Source: Carpediemonas membranifera BICM
Lineage: Eukaryota; Protista; Fornicata
Direction: 5' to 3'
Length of the DNA: 64,000 nucleotides
NCBI GenBank assembly: GCA_019828565.1
Contig: JAHDYR010000064.1
Location: 434,001-498,000, forward strand
In this document: piece by piece, positions 57,450 through 64,000 of the stretch
Numbering within the stretch: position 1 is the first letter of the stretch
Layout: each line of letters starts with the position of its first letter
Program-made: the position numbers and the translations under genes
Notes under the pieces: generated by a model
What the model was told of the DNA's origin: nothing
Databases searched by the model: none
Seen by the model: the letters and a program-made list of their open reading frames with translations, nothing else

Positions 57450-59180
57450 TTACGGCAGGTCATGGTTCTGAGGGAGCTTGGCCTCGGTGACGTCCGCCCT
57501 CCCCCGGTCGGGTATGGTCTTCTTGTCAGACAGCAGCGCCCCCGACGCAGCAAGTGCGGCTGAGGAGTATGCTGCGACGTGGAACAGAGAGTGGTGGTAC
57601 ATGTAGTTCCTGCTGGTCTGGAGCAGTACCATGGTGAAGCCGAAGAGCACCGTGGACACCGACAGGAAGGCGTGGATGATGAGCACAAGGTCGCGGGTCA
57701 AGCCGTATCGCCGGACCCGGACAATAAAGTAAAAAACGGCGGGTGGGGTTAGAAGTACAAGGGCGACGGAGGGCACGGCGAACACGAGGCCGTTCCAGGG
57801 GTTCATTGCGACGCTGAACAGCTCAACGGCCATGCACACGCCGTAGTAGCTGTGGCGGATGTGGCGGGGCAGCAGCGTCCGGCCGACACACACCGTCAGC
57901 AGCAGGACAGCGAAGAATACGTCCACGACGGCAGAGGCAAAGAAGGGCACGTCGACCAGCCCCTCGTCGGAGGCGTGGTACGCGGTGGACGCGACCCCGC
58001 TCACCAGGGCGACCGCGGCTTCGAAGGAGCTGCCTGCGACGAGGAAGAGGAGGGCCGGGGCGAGGGCGACGATGTTGGTGCCGAGGATGAGCGTCTCACG
58101 GACGAGCGTCAGCCAAACGGGGGAATCGCGGGTGTCACAGAACCGGCCCGAATACCGTCTGTCACATAGGCATACGGCGGTCATACCATCGTACACGCGA
58201 CACACGGCCGTGTGGACAGAGCACATGGCACACGGGTCGGCCACGAGGGTGACGTTGCAGGCAGACTTCACGACGAGTTGCTGGGGCAGGTGGGCCGTGT
58301 CGCCGGGTGTCACAGTCAGCGTGGTGTTGGCCGCGGTGTCGACAATGACGAGTGTCTCGTCCGTGCATGCGCTGTCCGTGAGCACGCGGAGGGGCATCCA
58401 AACCATGAGACGGGGGCCGAGGACGGCGGGCGTGGCGGGGCTGAGCACGAGGGAATCAGCCCCGGTGTCCATAGGGAACGTCGTGCTGGTTTGGCACGAG
58501 CTCTCTGACGGAATTACAATATTCGATTGATCCACTTGGATATCAACAGAATCGCAGGCGGTCACGTTCGAGAAGAGCACGGCTGGACCGATGGTGCCCA
58601 CCGCGGCGACAGTCGACCCCGACAGTAGGAACCGGTGCAGTGGGCCGGCACAGGCGCTGACGCTGGCGACAGCGGAGAGCGGCCCGAGGTAGAGCTGCAG
58701 CGTGGTCATGCCAGTGACGTTCACCGTGTTCACGCCAACCCTACCGTCCACCATGGCGCACTGGGTGTCGAACTGGACGTCTAGGGCGAGTGTGACTGTG
58801 GCCGTGGGCTGGGCCTTGATGATGAGGTCGTCCACGGGGGCAGCAGGCCTCGTCACCTTGACATAAACTGCGCTTTGGACAAGGCGGTGGGAGTCCAGGG
58901 TCTGTGGTCGATCCGTACTTAAGGAGTGGGATGTCCCGCACGGCCCGTCAAAGCAGAGTTCGAACGTGACGTCGGAAATTGTGGTGGTGGCAGTAACACT
59001 GCCTGAAACCGGGCAATAAACATCGGATATAGGTAGCTGCAAGACGTACTCGCTTCCACGAGGCACATCTACAATATGCCTGTGGCTAGAAATAGGTTTC
59101 TCGGCACTGACGCATCGGCATATAACGAAAAGAAGAAATATCGAGAAACATCGTGAAACAGAGGTACTATTGCTGCTCAT
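57450..59180 (-). CDS. TMEM8/PGAP6-like EGF + 7TM (CREST superfamily) protein
   Basis: Signal peptide, EGF-like CLCDRRYSGRFC, SxxYH (STAYHASD) and HSLFH motifs. Confidence 0.72.
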   Translation of the reverse strand: MSSNSTSVSRCFSIFLLFVICRCVSAEKPISSHRHIVDVPRGSEYVLQLPISDVYCPVSGSVTATTTISDVTFELCFDGPCGTSHSLSTDRPQTLDSHRLVQSAVYVKVTRPAAPVDDLIIKAQPTATVTLALDVQFDTQCAMVDGRVGVNTVNVTGMTTLQLYLGPLSAVASVSACAGPLHRFLLSGSTVAAVGTIGPAVLFSNVTACDSVDIQVDQSNIVIPSESSCQTSTTFPMDTGADSLVLSPATPAVLGPRLMVWMPLRVLTDSACTDETLVIVDTAANTTLTVTPGDTAHLPQQLVVKSACNVTLVADPCAMCSVHTAVCRVYDGMTAVCLCDRRYSGRFCDTRDSPVWLTLVRETLILGTNIVALAPALLFLVAGSSFEAAVALVSGVASTAYHASDEGLVDVPFFASAVVDVFFAVLLLTVCVGRTLLPRHIRHSYYGVCMAVELFSVAMNPWNGLVFAVPSVALVLLTPPAVFYFIVRVRRYGLTRDLVLIIHAFLSVSTVLFGFTMVLLQTSRNYMYHHSLFHVAAYSSAALAASGALLSDKKTIPDRGRADVTEAKLPQNHDLP

Positions 59181-59278
59181 CTCCCAATTCCACTTCAGTA
59201 GAAGACGGAGATGACGGATGACCAAATTATGGTGCAGGCTATGCAGCGGGAATGTCAGTTGCAGTGGTCAAAATGTCT

Positions 59279-60793
59279 TTAAAACTCGGCGCGGATGACC
59301 TCCATGGCCTCCTCAAACACCATCCGCATCGCCTCGGTCACGTCCGGCCGCCCCTTGAGCCCGACGACCTCGACAGACACGCCACGGGGCAGGGCATCGA
59401 CTACAATGCCCTCACCGTTGCCCGCGAGTACAAACGGGATCAGCTCAACCTCGCCCTCGGTCGCTGGGAACTCCTCGAGGACTGCGGCGACGTGCTTGTC
59501 GCACAGCTGCCGGCCGTCGAGCTCGGTGTCGATCGCCATCGTGCTGGGCTCCAGCGGGATCTGCCCGCTGACGCCGACGACGCGGTTGCCCTCGATGGTC
59601 TCCCAGTCTGCCGCCTGGGAGTACGGCCCTATACAGGCGGGCGCCCACGACGAGACCGACTCAACGTGGAGTCGCCGCTGGGACGCCCCCGGGATGGGGA
59701 GGATCGCAACGGTGTGGCGGCCGTCCTTCGAGTTCATCTGGACACAGCACCGGCCGGGCGGCGGCATGGCCGTGAACGTTGCTGAGTAAACGCCGTTGAT
59801 GGGGCCGAACTGGCCGAGGTCGCTGACGGCCATGATGTTGTACATGGGGTCCTTCGTCGCCTGGTGGGCTGCGAGCAGCGTCTCCCGTGCCACAGTCAGG
59901 ATGTCCTCACCGGTACCTATGAAGAGGTTGAAGCCACGCACGTCGTGTATGGTGACTGTTGCCAGGGACGAGTCGCCGTCGGTCGGGGGCACGAGCAGCT
60001 GTGGGCGGCCGGTGAGCACAGCATGGCGCCGCTCAATGGCCTCAAACTGGACATCCTCGAGGGCCACGTCGAAAGCGAGGTGACCAACGGGCGCCATGTC
60101 ATCGTCGTCCGTCACCACCACTCGGCGGTTGACCACTGACAGCCGCTGGTGGAACAGACCGGGGCAGTACAGCGTGATGGACTCGAACTCGCCGCCCTCG
60201 CCGGCCTCGTTGACCTGGTAGCGCTGGGCCAGGTCGTTCAGGTGGGCGCGGGCCTGGACGATGCTCAGGCCGCAGTGTTTGCGGGGGTCGAGGCCCATGG
60301 ACGCCGTCTTGACGATGATGGCCTCCATCCCTGCCTCCTCCATCATGTCTAGCAGGGTAGCCTGTGCTATACGCCACAGGGGCGCGAGGGAGAGCAGCCC
60401 GTGGGTGCGACAGACGTGTTCCACCCGGATCCGCTGGTAGTGCGAGAACACAGCGCCTGTGGATAGCCCTTTGATGTCAGTGTGGGCGGCAAGGACGTCT
60501 GCAACGAGCATGGAGAGTGTCTCGATCTCGTCGCCCTCCGTCGTCTCGTACTGGAGCCCGACACTCTTCGAATCACCGCGGGAAATTGTGCGGCGGAATA
60601 GCGGGAGGTTCATAGCCTTGGCGATGCTATCAATCACGTTGTGGCCAACAGTCTGGAACGTGAAGGAGTCAATCTCGTCTTCGGCGACGGGCGCAAGGTT
60701 CGCTAGAGCGACACACTCGTGACCCTGCTTCACAAGCTGGTGAATGGCGAAGATAGAGTCTTTTCCACCGCTGATCAGAGCAAGAAACTTCAT
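59279..60793 (-). CDS. DPH6: Diphthine-ammonia ligase with C-terminal RidA/YjgF-like domains
   Basis: MKFLALISGGKDS, DSFTFQTVGH, YQRIRVEHVC, AGEGGEFES, LHVESVSSWAPACIGPYSQA. Confidence 0.92.
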   Translation of the reverse strand: MKFLALISGGKDSIFAIHQLVKQGHECVALANLAPVAEDEIDSFTFQTVGHNVIDSIAKAMNLPLFRRTISRGDSKSVGLQYETTEGDEIETLSMLVADVLAAHTDIKGLSTGAVFSHYQRIRVEHVCRTHGLLSLAPLWRIAQATLLDMMEEAGMEAIIVKTASMGLDPRKHCGLSIVQARAHLNDLAQRYQVNEAGEGGEFESITLYCPGLFHQRLSVVNRRVVVTDDDDMAPVGHLAFDVALEDVQFEAIERRHAVLTGRPQLLVPPTDGDSSLATVTIHDVRGFNLFIGTGEDILTVARETLLAAHQATKDPMYNIMAVSDLGQFGPINGVYSATFTAMPPPGRCCVQMNSKDGRHTVAILPIPGASQRRLHVESVSSWAPACIGPYSQAADWETIEGNRVVGVSGQIPLEPSTMAIDTELDGRQLCDKHVAAVLEEFPATEGEVELIPFVLAGNGEGIVVDALPRGVSVEVVGLKGRPDVTEAMRMVFEEAMEVIRAEF

Positions 60794-60803
60794 TTGACAC
60801 CTC

Positions 60804-60814
60804 GTCTTCTCGTA
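60804..60814. repeat. Target-site duplication GTCTTCTCGTA, left copy
   Basis: Exact 11-mer repeated at 63225-63235 on the other side of element A2. Confidence 0.9.
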
Positions 60815-60956
60815 TGTGCTGCGCAGGATTAGAATTGTTGAGTCCAAAACAGACAGTGATCCAAGCAGCATCAGGATCGCAGTGTGGTTCATCATACTCT
60901 ATCAATCGTGCGCTGCATATCACGCGCTGCAGCGCGTGCTTGCTCAACTTAGCAAG
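60815..60956 (-). ncRNA. Putative omegaRNA scaffold of Fanzor A2
   Basis: Same structured 3' tail as 17165-17306 (one substitution seen). Confidence 0.65.
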
Positions 60957-62864
60957 TTAATGATAGTGTGGAAGAGCACCTCTCTGGGAGTCGTAGTGGA
61001 AAGGAGATTGCTCTATCTGATCTGAAGTTGCATCGTAGGTGCACCAAAGGATGTTCTCGCTGGCGCTCTTATCTCGGTGAGAGAGATTGAGAAGTATCTC
61101 TCTCTGCTCGGGATGCCGACGTAGCCGTTCAACGCGCCATGGAGCTCCCTCGCACGCGGGATTCTGGCAGAGCATGGTGCGGTATGTGTGCACCACACGT
61201 CTGAAGTGTGCTTTGCAGTATGGGCACACGATGGAAGTGCGGAATTCGGAGACCATCGTGACACTCACGACGACGTTGTGCCGGAGCATTATGCCAGGAA
61301 GTGCTCGAGCAAAGTGGCGGTACGGAGCACACGAGGGAGTGCCGGCGGAACCGAACAGTGCAGCCCCATACGCGACTTCGAGGTGAATGGGCTCCGGGGG
61401 GCGCCCGCCGAGATCATCCAGGAGTTGACGTCCAGCCCGGGCGAAGTGCTTCAGGCGCATACAGTGATTGGCAAAAGTCGCACGGCGGAAACACTTTCTC
61501 GTCCCCTCGTTGATGATCTGAACGATGTTCTCATGGACAAACCTAATCGACTGTTTGAGAGCCTCTAGACTTGTCGTTTTGAACGATGCTGCGCTCATAT
61601 TCATGCGGAAAGAGAGGGTGGCAGTGTAGCCACACTTAGCGAGTACGCCAGATACACTCTGCCCGTCTGGGCGGCGGATCGTGTAGCCGCCCAGCGACCG
61701 AGCACCAGGGTCGAAGCCCATGAGAGCTTATTGAATGTCCGGGGCAGGAGTAGCCTCGGCGTCCTCCTGACCGAGCCGAGCCCGCTTGTTATTGCTACCC
61801 TTTTTGTACGTGGGCCGGTCAGCCACCCGACCGCCACGATATTTCTCGCGACCCACCCAAACCGTCACAGCAACAGAGACCCCGTCAGTCTTCACAAAGA
61901 GCACTCTGCGGAGCTTGGTGATGTCGCCGTGATCACGCTCGTATCTATCAACCTGCTCGTCGGTCAAGTTCTTGGTTGCTGACCAATTCACGTGCACACG
62001 GAGGCGCCTCTTCATCGCTGGGGTGAGCGCTGTTACTCCGCGCTCGAGGGTCATGAACCCAGGCCTGACCGGTGCCATCGGCACGAACGGAACGAGCTTC
62101 GGCTCTGGCAGGGCCTGACTGAGCTCGAGGTTCACGGCACGAGTGAGTGTGACCAGCTTGGTCACTGCAGCACTCATGCGCGTGACGCACGACAGCACGC
62201 CGACGAGGGCCTCGGCCACGGTACCAGTGCGACCCACCCGTTGCCCCTCGGGCAATGCATGCATTTGACGATGATGCATGCCATGATCGGCGGATATTGC
62301 GGCTAACTCGGTGTCGAGCTCGCCTTGGGTGTCGAGAAAATCCTGTCGAACACCCGGCCGATCATGGAGGAGCGGACGCACCCGTTCTAACCCAGCACGA
62401 AGACGGGTCAGGTACCCGGGTGACGCGCGCGAGAGCCAGACCCGGGTGGCTGTGGAGTACTCGCCCAACCAGGTGTCAAATGGCTTGCACAAGCCAATGT
62501 AGCTATAAGCCGTGACGAAGTCCTGGACGAGTGGGGTTATGTCAGGGTCCCTCCACATCGCCAGGTCGCCAATCCACCTGCACCGATCCGCTGCCTTTGC
62601 CTTGGACACCTTTTGCTGAGCAATGCTGACGATCTGCGCGAGGACTTCCTCGTCGAACAGGTTGACCGTCCTCGGTAGGGTCAACGCGTGCGCAGATGCA
62701 GAGACGCACGCAAGCAGGCAAGTGAATGTGTACTTAGCCTGCGTGAAAGAACGCATGCCGGGTTCAAGATTTCCTCGCCGCGGCGCGTTGTTATCGCCTC
62801 CACCGTTAATCTCGCCAATGGCCTTGTTAACGGATGCCTTCACCGTGTATATCTTGGAAGGCAT
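60957..62864 (-). pseudogene. Fanzor1 endonuclease with in-frame TAA insertion (61728-61730) splitting 378-aa and 254-aa parts
   Basis: CAA-TAA-GCT-CTC-ATG-GGC-TTC-GAC here versus CAA-GCT-CTC-ATG in A1; all RuvC and Zn-finger motifs otherwise intact. Confidence 0.88.
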
Positions 62865-63224
62865 CGGAGTCTATTGAGCTGCCTGCATCGATCATTTCTT
62901 TTCAGGGTTCATCAGCTGGCAGCATCCCTCAAAACACAAGAAACCAGCATCATACAACACAAAGCGTCTTTACTACTAGTTACAACCGTTTTCCACCACT
63001 AGTATCTCTCACAACAGACGAAGATGACGAAGACGACGACGACATGAGCTTCAGACGCCGGCAATGGACGACAGATGAGCGCGTAACAGACGAGCACAGA
63101 CGCGAAAGAAGTCAGCAGCGTTCGACACAGACGATGGACGACGCATCTTTTCGTGCAGACCGACGACTGAAAGCACGAAAGCCCGATGGTACAGACGAGG
63201 GCTGAAGTGGGTGAGTGGAGGTGT

Positions 63225-63235
63225 GTCTTCTCGTA
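63225..63235. repeat. Target-site duplication GTCTTCTCGTA, right copy
   Basis: Matches 60804-60814. Confidence 0.9.
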
Positions 63236-63678
63236 GTGACCATAAAATGCACCCCTCTGAAAATGGCGGGCTCCTCGTCACGCTATCTGCCAGTCGCCGA
63301 GTCGCTGGGACATCCACCGGCTCAAATTCGACATCGCCGTTGCACTCGCTGAGGGTAACTGCCGGGTCTACAACGCCTCCACGGGGGCGACTGACCCCTC
63401 CTTCAAACCCTCCTCGACTTGAAGAGATTGCCGGGCGCGGTGTTCAGTGGCGAGATGCAGTGCGAGTGTGTGAGAGTTTGCAGGTGTGAGAAGTGAGTCA
63501 CGGACCCCGGTGCGTTGCTGATTGGCTCGACTTTGGCGAGGCTGATTCATCGAGACGAGAACAAGGCTCAGGGTGATGGTTATAAACAACAAAGCTCTGA
63601 ATATACTCGAGTAATAACGCTACATCTTCCTTCTGACATAGACTGCCAGACATTTAAGGGAATTTAAGATGGCATCGC

Positions 63679-64000
63679 TCACCCCCACAGACCCCGTGCC
63701 GCGCCCACGGCATCCTGGGGCGCCATGCCCGCGAGCCCCTCGAGGAACTGGACGACGGCCCCAAGCCCCAGAGTGCGGGCGCCCCGGGAACTGCCCAGAC
63801 TCACCGTGTCGTCGAACAGGGTGAGCTCGAGCCTTTCAGACCCAAGCGAGATCTCGAACCTGGACGCGATCGAACAAGGCCCGCCCGGGCGGATCTCGTG
63901 TGTGCTGCCTGTTGGTCGGAAGCCGAGGCCCACCAGAGACGCCAGCACAGCCTGCATGCTCACGGAATGCACCGCCAGCGTCTGCACGGCACCGGTGACG
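63679..64000 (-). CDS. Hypothetical protein, 3' part (runs off window)
   Basis: Open frame to the window edge, with GC-rich coding-like composition. Confidence 0.45.
   Translation of the reverse strand, partial: VTGAVQTLAVHSVSMQAVLASLVGLGFRPTGSTHEIRPGGPCSIASRFEISLGSERLELTLFDDTVSLGSSRGARTLGLGAVVQFLEGLAGMAPQDAVGAARGLWG

Larger units (their letters stand above)
60815..63224 (-). mobile_element. Fanzor1 element, family A copy 2 (~2.41 kb) flanked by 11-bp TSD
   Basis: Near-identical to 17165-19577; exact flanking direct repeat. Confidence 0.93.

Noticed and set aside
61728-61730. TAA read as Gln (hexamitid-type code), making A2 intact
   Set aside because: Host genes here end in TAA or TAG (RPS23, GCLC, protease, PFDN3) and lack internal TAR codons, so the standard code applies.
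1-64000. CRISPR arrays, rRNA, tRNA
   Set aside because: No repeat-spacer arrays or recognisable rRNA/tRNA seen by eye; a covariance scan would be needed to exclude tRNAs.

Overview
Gene-dense, GC-rich eukaryotic DNA using the standard genetic code, with tiny GT-AG introns of 28-37 nt. The gene content (IFT74, ODAD2/ARMC4, a beta-alpha-order transhydrogenase) points to a flagellated, probably anaerobic protist. A metamonad such as Carpediemonas is an unverified guess. About 38 host genes are recognisable. The main finding is a family of Fanzor1 (eukaryotic TnpB-like, RNA-guided RuvC nuclease) elements. Two near-identical ~2.41 kb copies (A1 17165-19577 and A2 60815-63224) are accompanied by a divergent, 5'-truncated relative (B, 19580-21517) fused in tandem to A1. 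The elements carry no transposase and no terminal inverted repeats. They share a conserved 30-nt 3' terminus behind a structured omegaRNA-like tail and are flanked by ~10-11 bp target-site duplications. Both insertions lie 11-21 nt upstream of the ATG of a co-oriented host gene (CDK and DPH6), so the predicted guides are host start-codon or 5'UTR sequence. The guide of B is the left end of family A.
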